Assembly (NCBI GenBank): GCA_040954595.2
Contig: CM082576.2
Span: forward strand, 20,623,114 to 20,687,113
From: Balanoglossus misakiensis
Lineage: Eukaryota > Animalia > Hemichordata
Reading direction: 5' to 3'
DNA: 64,000 nt
Shown: in pieces, positions 38,851-54,215 of the stretch
How positions within the stretch are numbered: position 1 is the first letter of the stretch
Layout: the number at the start of each line of letters is the position of its first letter
Notes under the pieces: model-generated
What the model saw: only the letters and a program-made list of their open reading frames with translations
The model's database searches: none
Told to the model about the DNA's origin: nothing
Made by a program: the position numbers and the translations under genes

Positions 38851-41800
38851 AATCCATCTGTCATTCCTCCATCATTTATACATCCATCTGTTACCATCCA
38901 TCTTTGAACCATCCTAATATTCATCTATCACCCATCCCATCTATCATCATTCATCCACACTCATCCCGAAACCTAATCCTTACTGGGACCCCACATTAAA
39001 CCCTTCGTACCTCAAAATCTCACCCCGAAGTCAGTCCCAGAATTGTACTCTCAAAAAATACTTTATTACTCAAACACAAATCACCGATCCAATTCCAAAC
39101 TTACACTGTCACCATCCCGTCACTACTCCCACCCAACTTCACCCCAGCCTATTCCCACTCGTTCCCCCATCATCACCCTGGCCTTCTTCACCAAAACCGC
39201 ACCAGACCACATAATGCCTCCATCTTTTACCCCACACCTTACACCCACCACAAATCCTAGCCATCACCCAACCTATCATAGCCCAAACAACCCAAACCCA
39301 ATCAAAATTGACCCTAGCCCCACTTATCATCATCCAAGCTATCAATGCTAAACGGCAACCCAAATAACTTAAAGATTGGCATAAATCCAAACTCATACCA
39401 CTGCCACCCCAAATATACAAAACCAAGACGATATTACGAACCAATACCTACCATTTGTAGCAAATACACGACCAAAGATTTGATCCCATCTATCATCCAT
39501 ATATCATCCTTCCACACTCATGCCGAAACCTAATCCTTACTGGGGCCCCACCCTAATCCGATAACCCAATCAACTTCGCACCTCAAACATCACCCCGAAG
39601 TCAATGCAAGATTTATACTATCAAAAAATTCATATTACTCAAACACCAATCACCTATCAAACTATGAAGTTAAACTAACTCTCACGACCTTGTCAGCTAC
39701 CATCACCACCCCGTCACCACTCCCACCCAACTTTACCCAAACCTATTCCCACTCGCACTCCCATCACCACCCTGGCCTCCTTCACCAAAACCGCACCATC
39801 ACTTACACCATACCTTGCACCAACCACAAATTTAAATCCTGGCAGTCACCCAACCTATTATGCCAAAACAATCCAAACCAAATCAAAATTGACCCTAGCC
39901 CAAGCCTACCATCAATACCCGACGACCAACCAAATAACACTTAACTCATACCGCTGCCACTCCTACAATACATCAGGACTCTTTTTTTACAAACCATTTG
40001 TAGAAAATAGACGACCAAAGATTTAATCCCTTCAAATATTCATCTATCACCCATCCCATCTATCGCCCATGTATCATTCATCCACACTCATCCCAAAACC
40101 AAATCCGTACTGGAACCCCACATTAAACCAATGACCCAATCCCATTCGTACCTCAAACCTCTCCCCGAAGTCAATCCCAGTATTGTACTCTCAAAAAATA
40201 CCTTATTGCTCAAACACCAATCATCGATCCAACTCTAAACTAAAACTAACTCACACGACCTTGTCAGCTATCACCCACCACCCCAACACCACTCACATCC
40301 AACTTTACCCGAACATACTCCTACTCGCACCCTCATCACCACCCTGGCCTACTTCACAAAAACCGCACCAGACCCTATAATGCCTCAATCTCTTACGTGA
40401 CCACACCTTATTCCCACCACAAATCCTAGCCATCACTCAACCTATCATAGCCCAAACAAACCAAACTCAATCATTCTTGCCCCAAATATCATCAACCAAG
40501 CCATCAATGCTCAACGGTGGTAACCCAAATAACACTTAACTTAAAGATTGGCATAAACCAAACTCATACCACTGCCACCCTAAATATACAACACCAAGAC
40601 TCTATTACGAACCAATACCTACCATTTGTAGCAAATACACGACCAAAGATTTGATCCCATCTATCATCCATATATCATCATTCCACACTCATCCCGAAAC
40701 TTAATCCTTACTGGGGCCCCACCCTAATCCGATAACCCAATCAACTTCGTACCTCAAACATCACCCCGAAGTCAATGCAAGAATTATACTATCAAAAAAA
40801 TTCATATTACTCAAACACCAATCACCTATCAAACTATAATGTTAAACTAACTCAGCTACCACTCACCACCCCGTCACCACTCCCACCCAACTTTACCCAA
40901 ACCTATTCACACTCGCACTCCCATCACCACCCTGGCCTCCTTCACCAAAACCGCACCATCTCTTACACCACACCTTACACCAACCACAAATTTAAATCCT
41001 GGCAGTCACCCAACCTATTATGCCAAAACAATCCAAACCAAATCAAAATTGACCCTAGCCTAAGCCTACCATCAATACCCGACGGCCAACCAAATAACAC
41101 TTAACTCATACCGCTGCCACTCCAACAATACATCAGGACTCTTTTTTTACAAACCATTTGTAGAAAATAGACGACCAAAGATTTAATCCCTTCAAATATT
41201 CATCTATCACCCATACCATCTATCACCCATACATCATTCATCCACACTCATCCCAAAACCTAATCCTTACGGAACCCCACCTTAAACCAATGAAGCAATC
41301 CCATTCGTACCTCAAACCTCACCCCGAAGTCAATCCCAGAATTGTACTCTTAAAATATACGTTATTACTCAAACAACAATCACCGATCCAACTCCAAACT
41401 TAAACTAAGGCTCGCGACCTTGTCAGCTATCACCACTACCACACAACTTTACCCAAACCTATTCCCACGCACTCCTATCAGCACCCCGACCAACATCCCA
41501 AAAGCCGCACTAGCCCCACCACAAATTTAAATCCTGGCAGTCACCCAACCTATCATAACTCAACGGCAACCCAAATAACTTAAAGATTGGCATAAATCCA
41601 AACTCATACCACTGCCACCCCAAATATACAAAACCAAGACGATATTACGAACCAATACCTACCATTTGTAGCAAATAAACGACCAAAGATTTGATCCCAT
41701 CTATCATCCATATATCATCCTTCCACACTCATGCCGAAACCTAATCCTTACTGGGGCCCCACCCTAATCCGATAACCCAATCAACTTCGCACCTCAAACA

Positions 41801-44800
41801 TCACCCCGAAGTCAATGCAAGAATTATACTATCAAAAAAATTCATATTACTCAAACACCAATCACCTATCAAACTATGAAGTTAAACTAACTCTCACGAC
41901 CTTGTCAGCTACCATCACCACCCCGTCACCACTCCCACCCAACTTTACCCAAACCTATTCCCACTCGTACTCCCATCACCACCCTGGCCTCCTTCACCAA
42001 AACCGCACCATCACTTACACCACACCTTGCACCAACCACAAATTTAAATCCTGGCATCTGGCAGTCACTATTATGCCAAAACAATCCAAACCAAATCAAA
42101 ATCGACCCTAGCCCAAGCCTACCATCAATACCCGACGACCAACCAAATAACACTTAACTCATACCGCTGCCACTCCTACAATACATCAGGACTCTTTTTT
42201 TACAAACCATTTGTAGAAAATAGACGACTAATGATTTAATCCCTACAAATATTCATCTATCACCCATCCCATCTATCACCCGTACATCATTCTCCACACT
42301 CATCCCAAAACCTAATCCTTACGGAACCCCACCTTAAACCAATGACCCATCCCATTCGTACCTCAAACCTCACCCCGAAGTCAATCCCAGAATTGTACTC
42401 TTAAAATATACGTTATTACTCAAACAACAATCACCGATCCAACTCCAAACTTAAACTAAGGCTCGCGACCTTGTCAGCTATCACCCACCACCCCAACACC
42501 ACTCACATCCAACTTTACCCGAACATACTCCTACTCGCACCCTCATCACCACCCTGGCCTACTTCACAAAAACCGCACCAGACCCTATAATGCCTCAATC
42601 TCTTACGTGACCACACCTTATTCCCACCACAAATCCTAGCCATCACTCAACCTATCATAGCCCAAACAAACCAAACTCAATCATTCTTGCCCCAAATATC
42701 ATCAACCAAGCCATCAATGCTCAACGGTGGTAACCCAAATAACACTTAACTTAAAGATTGGCATAAACCAAACTCATACCACTGCCACCCTAAATATACA
42801 ACACCAAGACTCTATTACGAACCAATACCTACCATTTGTAGCAAATACACGACCAAAGATTTGATCCCATCTATCATCCATATATCATCATTCCACACTC
42901 ATCCCGAAACTTAATCCTTACTGGGGCCCCACCCTAATCCGATAACCCAATCAACTTCGTACCTCAAACATCACCCCGAAGTCAATGCAAGAATTATACT
43001 ATCAAAAAAATTCATATTACTCAAACACCAATCACCTATCAAACTATAATGTTAAACTAACTCAGCTACCACTCACCACCCCGTCACCACTCCCACCCAA
43101 CTTTACCCAAACCTATTCACACTCGCACTCCCATCACCACCCTGGCCTCCTTCACCAAAACCGCACCATCTCTTACACCACACCTTACACCAACCACAAA
43201 TTTAAATCCTGGCAGTCACCCAACCTATTATGCCAAAACAATCCAAACCAAATCAAAATTGACCCTAGCCTAAGCCTACCATCAATACCCGACGGCCAAC
43301 CAAATAACACTTAACTCATACCGCTGCCACTCCAACAATACATCAGGACTCTTTTTTTATAAACCATTTGTAGAAAATAGACGACCAAAGATTTAATCCC
43401 TTCAAATATTCATCTATCACCCATACCATCTATCACCCATACATCATTCATCCACACTCATCCCAAAACCTAATCCTTACGGAACCCCACCTTAAACCAA
43501 TGAAGCAATCCCATTCGTACCTCAAACCTCACCCCGAAGTCAATCCCAGAATTGTACTCTTAAAATATACGTTATTACTCAAACAACAATCACCGATCCA
43601 ACTCCAAACTTAAACTAAGGCTCGCGACCTTGTCAGCTATCACCACTACCACACAACTTTACCCAAACCTATTCCCACGCACTCCTATCAGCACCCCGAC
43701 CAACATCCCAAAAGCCGCACTAGCCCCACCACAAATTTAAATCCTGGCAGTCACCCAACCTATCATAACTCAACGGCAACCCAAATAACTTAAAGATTGG
43801 CATAAATCCAAACTCATACCACTGCCACCCCAAATATACAAAACCAAGACGATATTACGAACCAATACCTACCATTTGTAGCAAATAAACGACCAAAGAT
43901 TTGATCCCATCTATCATCCATATATCATCCTTCCACACTCATGCCGAAACCTAATCCTTACTGGGGCCCCACCCTAATCCGATAACCCAATCAACTTCGC
44001 ACCTCAAACATCACCCCGAAGTCAATGCAAGAATTATACTATCAAAAAAATTCATATTACTCAAACACCAATCACCTATCAAACTATGAAGTTAAACTAA
44101 CTCTCACGACCTTGTCAGCTACCATCACCACCCCGTCACCACTCCCACCCAACTTTACCCAAACCTATTCCCACTCGTACTCCCATCACCACCCTGGCCT
44201 CCTTCACCAAAACCGCACCATCACTTACACCACACCTTGCACCAACCACAAATTTAAATCCTGGCATCTGGCAGTCACTATTATGCCAAAACAATCCAAA
44301 CCAAATCAAAATCGACCCTAGCCCAAGCCTACCATCAATACCCGACGACCAACCAAATAACACTTAACTCATAACGCTGCCACTCCAACAATACATCAGG
44401 ACTCTTTTTTTACAAACCATTTGTAGAAAATAGACGACCAAAGATTTAATCCCTACAAATATTCATCTATCACCCATCCCATCTATCACCCGTACATCAT
44501 TCTCCACACTCATCCCAAAACCTAATCCTTACGGAACCCCACCTTAAACCAATGACCCATCCCATTCGTACCTCAAACCTCACCCCGAAGTCAATCCCAG
44601 AATTGTACTCTTAAAATATACGTTATTACTCAAACAACAATCACCGATCCAACTCCAAACTTAAACTAAGGCTCGCGACCTTGTCAGCTATCACCACTAC
44701 CACACAACTTTACCCCAACCTATTCCCACGCACTCCTATCAGCACCCCGATCTACATCCCAAAAGCCGCACTAGCCCCACTACAAATTTAAATCCTGGCA

Positions 44801-45100
44801 GTCACCCAACCTATCATAACTCAATTATCCCAAACCAAATCAGAATTGACCCTAGCCCTAACATTGCCCAAGCCTGTTATCAATACTCGAAGGCCACCCA
44901 AATAACTCTTAACGTAACAAAAATCCAAACTCGTACTGCTGTTACCCCAACTAATTTAAAACGCTTTTACGCTATTCCGAACCAAAACCTGCAATTTTTA
45001 TACACGACAAAAGATCCTGACCATATAAGAACTCACCTATGTCAATATTACAAACTCCTACAAATTCTCTGACAGCTAATTAATAAAATTTATGTATTAA
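38850..45100 (+). repeat. C/A-rich, G-poor satellite with ~480-600 bp monomers and a 2210-bp 4-monomer higher-order repeat
   Basis: The marker tccacactcat(c/g)cc recurs near 38955, 39511, 40081, 40682, 41241, 41722, 42294, 42892, 43451, 43932 and 44504. ORF pairs 40775/42985 and 41815/44025 are identical at offset 2210. Confidence 0.95.
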
Positions 45101-48100
45101 GGGTTAAAAACAATGGAAATCAATATGAATAATCTTTTTGAAAATATTATTAAAAACTCATTATTTGGGTGCAAATATGATAATTATTCTATATTCCAAG
45201 TATAAATTAAAAATGACTCATTTATCACTTCAAATTAAAAAAAAAAACTATTTTTAGGCTTAAAACATTAACTTTGTTTTCGAAAATATAAACACCCCTT
45301 GTGGATATATAGAGAATCAACATTTAATGACACCCATCTCGCTTGTCTGCTATGAGAGTAAAAACTCTTCCAAGAGAGACTTTGTCACACATTGTTTATT
45401 TCAAATGAAAATGATTTAACAAGCGATTTCAACATAAATACAAAATGATTAAATGCTTCAGAACACTTTAAAAATCTTTAAATACAATAACAAAACGATA
45501 TTTGGTCCATAACGTACGTTTTTAATAAAAATTATTAGATAATGATTTCAAACTCAAAAACAGCCCATATTTTTAGGCTTTGAAATAATTTTCGTCTATA
45601 ATAATCTAATTTAATAAGCTAAGTTTTTAATATTTGGAATTATAAACAATTATTATGCAAGAATTCACAAATATGATTTAGCAAGCAATTCCAATATTAA
45701 TATTTTTCAAGGCATTGAACCTGTTTTCTATCATTCTAAAGTCTCTTTTAAAAGTATTACAAAAAAACATTATTTGGCAAGAAAACTGCTCAATACGACA
45801 CTATAAATTGTTATTTGCACGTTTTAAATAAAAACGATTCAATAAACATTTTAAATTGAAAACCACTTATTTAGGCCAAAAAAACAATGTGAGATCATTA
45901 TTAAACCCTTGAAGCTTTATTTTTTCACAAAAATGTTTAATACCTTATAAAATCAATGTCATATTCAAAAAGCGTATATTTAACGGAAATGATTTAACAA
46001 GCAATTTCTATATATTTACACCCTTATTTAAGCCTTTGGAAAACTGTTAAATCATTCTAAAACCTTTCTTTGAAAATAACATAAAACCATCCTTTATTCG
46101 AGCCCAAAAACTTCATATCGCACATTTAACTCAAACACAATCTTATTTAGGGTTATAAACATTCTAAATTCCTTTTAAAATTTTTCTCTCGATTTAAGGC
46201 TTTTAAACACTTTATAATCATTCAAAAACTTTCATTGAAAGTATTACTTAACACTTTCACTGCGTAGTTAATATATGCTAATGTATTCCTGTGCGTAGTT
46301 TCCTATGGTAAATTTAACTAATAAACAATGTTTTACTTTACCCTCTCTATCTCTTGTAATATGAAAGTATATGCAACGATATTTCCAGCAAGTATATTTT
46401 ATAAGACAACCAACATAATAAAACTGAAAAATGGTCACATGACCATTAATTGGTCATGTGACACTGGCAGCTATAATGGATTTCTGTCGAAATATGGTAA
46501 AAACAACAGATATTGTAATATAAGTGACTGAAATACTGTATTTAATTCATTGTATCACAGCTGACAGACAAACATAGTCAAAAACAACTTCCCCCTGTAT
46601 AAAAGGGAATAACAAGTGACTTTTGAGCAAGAAATTTGATCAAATTTATTAATGGACCATAAAAACAATTATCAAATCATGCCCACCATTTACATGTATA
46701 CATGTTTAAAATCTGAGAAAGAAATATAGATTATTAGTGAAAAGGTGAATGATTGAACTTGTAAATAAATAATAATAATAAAATAAATTAATTAAGTAAT
46801 TTATTAAATACTCTACGTTTTAATGAATTGCAAGTTGAAGAAATCAAGGTTGGTAAATATGAATATACACACATTTAAAAAAAATTCATTAGCATAGTAC
46901 TGTTTTGGCAATTCATTTCAAATGGATATAATACTCTGACAACATAGACTTCTGGCAAAGTCCCATCAAGATTTGCAAAGAAACCTACGCCTTCATTTAA
47001 TTCAGTGAAGTAGGCATCTAGCGAAATCTTGACCGGAAGGGCAACTCATCAATTGCAGGGTTGTCAAAAAATTGTGCGGTGTACATATCAGTTTGCTCTG
47101 ACAATGACATCAACTCAAACACATCACCAGGAAAGAACAGCTGAAAAAAGTCAACCGGTGCAAAGTCATCAGTGTCAACTAATAAACCTTAGCGACGATC
47201 GTATACAGACAACCAGTCCGGTGTGTAATTGTCATTTACGTCATACAAAACCCACCGCGTGTCACCATCAACGTTACGACGTCCGAGAACATGACAAAAA
47301 CCCTCCCTCTCTCTCTGTCTCTACTCTGTTGTCTCCGTGTCTGGCTTCTATTTCTGGTTCTATGATGTTGTTGTCCGTAATTTGGCTTCCGCTATCGCTA
47401 TGATCGCTGTCACTATCCTGAAAGACTTGTTCAAGAACTTCGTCGGCATCAAACTTTGCCCATGTCGCCATTTTTAAATACCAAGTGAATGAAAAAATAT
47501 GATCGGGGCGACCTAAAATCAGCTGTATAAGGAAACCCTTTGATGACAAAATCGACTTGATTGTTTACAATACATATGCGCATGCTCAATTAGGGTTGAC
47601 CCCTGTCCTATATATAGTCATACAAAATGAGTAAATAAGCAACGAACATAAAATAGAACAGACCAAGTAACGGACGCGATCTTGGCGCATTTATGCGCCT
47701 CCCGCATTCTGACTGCCGGCGCAGAAAATGCCCTCCCGCAGCGAAAGTGTTAAATGTGCGATATGAAGTTTTTGGGCCCGAATAAAGGATGGATTTATGT
47801 TATGTTCAAAGAAAGGTTTTAGAATGATTTAACAGTTTTCCAAAGGCTTAAATAGGGGTGTAAATATATAGAAATTGCTTGTTAAATCATTTCCGTTAAA
47901 CATACGCTTTAAGAATATGACATAGATTCTATAAGGTATCAAACATTTTTTGTGAAAAATTAAAGCGTGTTATAGAAAAAAAATTCAAAAAGGTTTTTAA
48001 AAATGATCCCACATTGTTTTTTAGCATGAATAAGTGGTTTTGAATTTAAAATGCTTATTGAATCGTTTTTATTTAATACATGCGATAAGAAACTAATAAC

Positions 48101-51100
48101 GTTTTTGGTATCGTTTTGAGCAGTTTTCTTGCCAAATAATGTTTTTTTGTAATACATTCAAAAGAGACTTTAGAATGATAAGCAAAACATTTATATTGCT
48201 TATTAAGTCATTTTCATATTAAAAACTTAATTTTGGCTTATTTGATTTTTATTCAATACATATACAAGTGTTCTGAAGCCTTTAATCATGTTGCATTCAT
48301 GTTGAAATCGCTTGTTAAAACATTTTCATTTGAAGTAAACAATGTGAATAAAAACGATTTTATACCGAATTAAACCCTTTAAGTGAAAAATAATGCGTTT
48401 CATATCAAATTTCAAAGACGTGTTTAATAATGATCTCAGGGTGCTTTTTATGCCTGAATAAGTTTGTATTTAACTTTAAAATGCTTTACGGATCATTTTT
48501 ATTTAAAACCTGAAATATGGAACAAGCATTGTTTTAGTGTCGTTTTAAACAGTTTTCATTCCCAAATAATTAGTTTTTTTATCATATATACAAAGAAAGG
48601 TTTAAGAATTATATGTTACTGTATTAGAGCTTTAAATATGCGTGCATTTATGTATCGATTGTTTATTTAGTCATATTTTTTTCAAAATATACAATGTGCA
48701 TATAACATCATTTTATACCGTATTAAATAGTTTTTTTTATCAAATGTTCTAATAGTATTTACATGCCTAAATTAGTGTTTTGAAATGTTTCTTGTCTTTT
48801 TAAATATAAAAAAGCAATATATAACATAAATCGTTTTTTATGTCGTAAAGCATTTTAAATCCGTAAAGCATTTTAAAGTTAAATACAAACTTATTTAGGC
48901 ATAAAAAGCACCCTGAGATCATTATTTAACCCGTCTTTGAAATTTAATATGAAACGCATTATTTTTCACTTAAAGGGTTTAATTCGGTATAAAATCGTTT
49001 TTATTCACATTGTTTACTTCAAATAAAAATGTTTTAACAAGCGATTTCAACATGAATGCAACATGATTAAAAACTTCAGAACACTTTAAAATCATTCTAA
49101 ATAATTTCTTTGAATTTGCTACAAAATTCATTAATTTGTGCACAAAAACTTTAAATACAATAATAAAACGATATTTGGTCCATAACGAACTTATAAATAA
49201 AATTATTAGATATTGATTTCAAATTCAAAAACATCCAATATTTTTAGGCTTGCGAATTATTTTCATCTGAAAATATAATTAACTCCAAAAACTGATATAA
49301 AATAGATGTTTTTATTCGTATATGTATTGAATAAAAATCAAATAAGCCAAAATTAAGTTTTTAATATGAAAATGATTTAATAAGCAATATCAATGTTTTG
49401 CTTATCATTCTAAAGTCTCTTTTGAATGTATTACAAAAAAACATTATTTGGCAAGAAAACTGCTCAATACGATACTAAAAACGTTGTTAGTTTCATATCG
49501 CATGTATTAAATAAAAACGATTCAATAAGCATTTTAAATTCAAAACCACTTATTTAGGCTAAAAAACAATGAAGTATCATTATTAAAAACCTTTTTGAAA
49601 TTTTTTTCTATAACACGCTTAAATTTCTCACAAAAAATGTTTAATACCTTATAAAATCAATGTCATATTCACAAAGCGTATTTTTAATGGTAATGATTTA
49701 GAAAGCAATTTCTATATAATTACACCCCTATTTAAGGTTTTGAAAAAGTGTTTAATCATTCTAAAACCTTTCTTTGAACACAATACAAAACCATCCTTTA
49801 TTAGGGCCCAAAAACTGTTCAAAACGATATTTTTTCCATATAACACGTTTTGAAAAAAAATTAATAGATAGTGCTTTCTAACTCAAACACACCCTTATTT
49901 CGGCTTTTAAACATTCTAGATTCCTTTTAAAAATTTTCTCTCGATTTAAAGCTTTTTAATATCGTTTTAGTATTGTATTTAAAGTTTTTGTGCACAAATT
50001 AATGGTTATTTTGTAGCATATTCAAAGAAATGATTTAGAATGATTTTAAAGTGTTCTGAAGCCTTTAGTCATGTTGCATTCATAATAAAATATCTTGTTA
50101 AAACATTTTCATTTGAAGTTAACAATGTGAATAAAAACGATTTTATACCGAATTAAACCCTTTAAGTGAAAAATAATGCGTTTCATATCTAATTTCAAAG
50201 ACGGGTTAAATAATGATCTCAGGGTGCTTTTTATGCCTGAATAAGTTTGTATTTAACTTTAAAATGCTTTACGGATCATTTTTATTTAAAACCTGAAATA
50301 TGGAACAAGCATTGTTTTAGTGTCGTTTTAAACAGTTTTCATTCCCAAATAATTAGTTTTTTATCATATATACAAAGAAAGGTTTAAGAATTATATATTA
50401 CTGTATTAGAGCTTTAAATATGCGTGCATTTATGTATCGATTGTTTATTTAATCATATTTTTTTCAAAATATACAATGTGCATATAACATCATTTTATAC
50501 CGTATTAAATAGTTTTTTTTATCAAATGTTCTAACAGTATTTACATGCCTAAATTAGTGTTTTGAAATGTTTCTTGTCTTTTTAAATATAAAAAAGCAAT
50601 ATATAACATAAATCGTTTTTTATGTCGTATTGAACAGTTTTCGTGCCAAAATATTGTTTAAGTAATACTTTCAATGAAAGTTTTTGAATGATTATAATGT
50701 GTCTAAAAGCCTTAAATCGAGAGAAAAATTTTAAAAGGAATTTAGAATGTTTCTAATCCTAAATAAGATTGTGTTTGAGTTAAATGTGCGATATGAAGTT
50801 TTTGGGCCCGAATAAAGGATGGTTTTATGTTATGTTCAAAGAAAGGTTTTAGAATGATTTAACAGTTTTCCAAAGGCTTAAATGGGGATGTAAATATATA
50901 GAAATTGCTTGTTAAATCATTTCCGTAAAACATACGCTTTGTGAATATGACATTGATTTTTTAAGGTATTAAACATTTTTTGTGAAAAATTAAAGCGTGT
51001 TATAGAAAAAAATTTCAAAAAGGTTTTTAATAATGACCCCACATTGTTTTTTAGCCTAAATAAGTGGTTTTGAATTTAAAATGCTTATTGAATCGTATTC

Positions 51101-53400
51101 ATTTAATACATGCGATATGAAACTAACAGCGTTTTTAGTGTCGTATTGAGCAGTTTTCTTGCCAAATAATGTATTTTTGTAATACATTCAAAAGAGACTT
51201 TAGAATGATAAGCAAAACATTTATATTGGAAATGCTTATTAAATCATTTTCATATCAAAAACTTAATTTTGGCTTATTTGATTTTTATTCAATACATATA
51301 CGAATCAAAACATCTATTTTATATCAGTTTTTGGAGTTAATTATATTTTCAGATGAAAATAATTCGCAAGCCTAAAAATATTGTGTTTTTGAATTTGAAA
51401 TCAATATCTAATAATTTTATTTATAAGTGCGTTATGGACCAAATATCGTTTTAGTATTGTATTTAAAGTTTTTGTGCACAAACTAATTATTTGGGAATGA
51501 AAACTGTTTAAAAAACGATACTAAAACAATGCTTGTTCCATATTTCAGGTTTTAAAAAAAAAGATCCGTAAAGCATTTTAAAGTTAAATACAAACTTATT
51601 TAGGCATAAAAAGCACCCTGAGATCATTATTTAACCCGTCTTTGAAATTTAATATGAAACGCATTATTTTTCACTTAAAGGGTTTAATTCGGTATAAAAT
51701 CGTTTTTATTCACATTGTTTACTTCAAATGAAAATGTTTTAACAAGCGATTTCAACATGAATGCAACATGATTAAAGGCTTCAGAACACTTTAAAATCAT
51801 TCTAAATAATTTCTTTGAATTTGCTACAAAATTTATTAATTTGTGCACAAAAACTTCAAATACAATAATAAAACGATATTTGGTCCATAACGCACTTTTA
51901 AATAAAATTATTAGATATTGATTTCAAATTCAAAAACACCCAATATTTTTAGGCTTGCGAATTATTTTCATCTGAAAATACAATTAACTCCAAAAACTGA
52001 TATAAAATAGATGTTTTTATTCGTATATGTATTGAATAAAAATCAAATAAACCAAAATTAAGTTTTTAATATGAAAATGATTTAATAAGCAATATCAATG
52101 TTTTGCTTATCATTCTAAAGTCTCTTTTGAATGCATTACAAAAAAACATTATTTGGCAAGAAAACTGCTCAATACGATACTAAAAACGTTGTTAGTTTCA
52201 TATCGCATGTATTAAATAAAAACGATTCAATAAGCATTTTAAATTCAAAACCACTTATTTAGGCTAAAAAACAATATAGTTTCATTATTAAAAACCTTTT
52301 TGAAATTTTTTTCTATAACACGCTTAAATTTCTCACAAAAAATGTTTAATACCTTATAAAATCAATGTCATATTCACAAAGCGTATTTTTAATGGTAATG
52401 ATTTAGAAAGCAATTTCTATATAATTACACCCCTATTTAAGGTTTTGTAAAAGTGTTTAATCATTCTAAAACCTTTGTTTGAACACAATACAAAACCATC
52501 CTTTATTAGGGCCCAAAAACTGTTCAAAACGATATTTTTTCCATATCACACGTTTTGAATAAAAATTAATAGATAGTGCTTTCTAACTCAAACACACCCT
52601 TATTTCGGCTTTTAAACATTCTAGATTCCTTTTAAAAATTTTCTCTCGATTTAAAGCTTTTAATATCGTTTTAGTATTGTATTTAAAGTTTTTGTGCACA
52701 AATTAATGGTTATTTTGTAGCATATTCAAAGAAATGATTTAGAATGAATTTAAAGTGTTCTGAAGCCTTTAATCATGTTGCATTCATAATAAAATATCTT
52801 GTTAAAACATTTTCATTTGAAGTAAACAATGTGAATAAAAACGATTTTATACCGAATTAAACCCTTTAAGTGAAAAATAATGCGTTTCATATCTAATTTC
52901 AAAGACGGGTTAAATAATGATCTCAGGGTGCTTTTTATGCCTAAATAAGTTTGTATTTAACTTTAAAATGCTTTACGTATCATTTTTATTTAAAACCTGA
53001 AATATGAAACAAGCATTGTTTTAGTATCGTTTTAAACAGTTTTCATTCCCAAATAATTAGTTTTTTATCATATATACAAAGAAAGGTTTAAGAATAATAT
53101 ATTACTGTATAAGAGCTTTAAATATGCTTGTATTTATGCATCGATTGTTTATTTAATCATATTTTTTTCAAAATATACAATGTGCATATAACATCATTTT
53201 ATATCGTATTAAATAGTTTTTTTTTATCAAAATGAGGGTGCTTCATAGTATTTTCGAAAAAAAATTGATTTCAATGTTTTAAGCCTAAAAATAGGTTGTT
53301 TTTGAGTTCAAAATGATAATTTAATTTGTGCAATTTTCAAAAAGATGATTCATGTTAATTTCCATTGTTTTGAAGCCTAAATAAATACATTTTATGAAAT
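45100..53400. repeat. AT-rich complex satellite in blocks of alternating orientation
   Basis: Blocks recur in both orientations. 48861-50520 is duplicated at 51566-53220 (offset ~2.7 kb), and 47751-48200 is the reverse complement of ~45700-46130. Confidence 0.9.
46252..47749 (-). mobile_element. Non-autonomous/deleted piggyBac-like DNA transposon
   Basis: TTAA|CACTTTCACTGCG ... CGCAGCGAAAGTG|TTAA gives 13-bp TIRs (1 mismatch) with TTAA flanks. The minus-strand ORF ...MATWAKFDADEVLEQVFQDSDSDHSDS resembles acidic piggyBac transposase N-termini. No DDD core is visible. Confidence 0.8.
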
Positions 53401-54215
53401 AGCTGGCAGAGAGGATTAGTAGGAGTTTGTATTATTGACAGAAGTGAGTTCTTCCATGGTTAGGATCTTTGGTCATGTATAAAAATTGTAGGTTTTGGTT
53501 CGTAAAAGCGTTTTGGTGTTGTTTAGTTGGGAATGCGTTTGGATTATGCCAATCTTTACGTTAAGAGTTTTTTGGGTGGTCTTCGAGTATTTGGTAATGA
53601 TAGGGTTAGTGTCAATTTTGATTTGGTTTGGGATGTTTGAGTTATGATAGTTTGGGTTACTTCCAGGATTTAAATTTGTGGTGGGTCTTGTGCGGTTTTG
53701 GGGATGGAGGTCGGGGTGGTGATAGGGAGGCATGGGAATATGTTGGGGTAAAGTTGGCTGGTAGTGGTGATAGCTGACAAGGTACTGAGCCTTAGTTGAA
53801 ATTTGGAGTTTGATCGGTGATTGGTGTTTGAGTAATAACGTATTTTTTAAGAGTACAATTCTGGGATTGACTTCGGGTTGAGGTTTGAGGTAAGGAGTGG
53901 ACTGGGTCTGTTAAGGTGAGGTTCTAGTAAGGATTCGCGATGAGTGTGGAAGGATGATATATGGGATCAAATCTTTGGTCGTGCATTTGCTAGAAATGGT
54001 AGGTTTTGGTTTGTAATAGAGTCCTGATGTTGTATTGTTGGAGTTGCATTGGTAGAGTTTGGATTTGGATGCCAATCTTTAAGTCAAGTGTTACAAGTTG
54101 TGGTGGGTGTAAGGTGTGGTGTAAGAGATAGAGGCATTATGGGTCTGGTGCGGTTTTGGTGAAGGAGGCCAGGGTGGAGATGGGAGGGGGGCCAGTGGGA
54201 ATACATTGGGGTAAA
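53400..54215 (-). repeat. Inverted copy of the C-rich subtelomeric satellite
   Basis: Motifs such as gggatcaaatctttggtcgtg and gagtacaattctgggattgacttcggg are reverse complements of motifs in 38850-45100. Confidence 0.92.

Noticed and set aside
39043-44363. Pro/Thr/His-rich repeated ORFs
   Set aside because: They are by-products of the C/A-rich satellite and are frequently interrupted.
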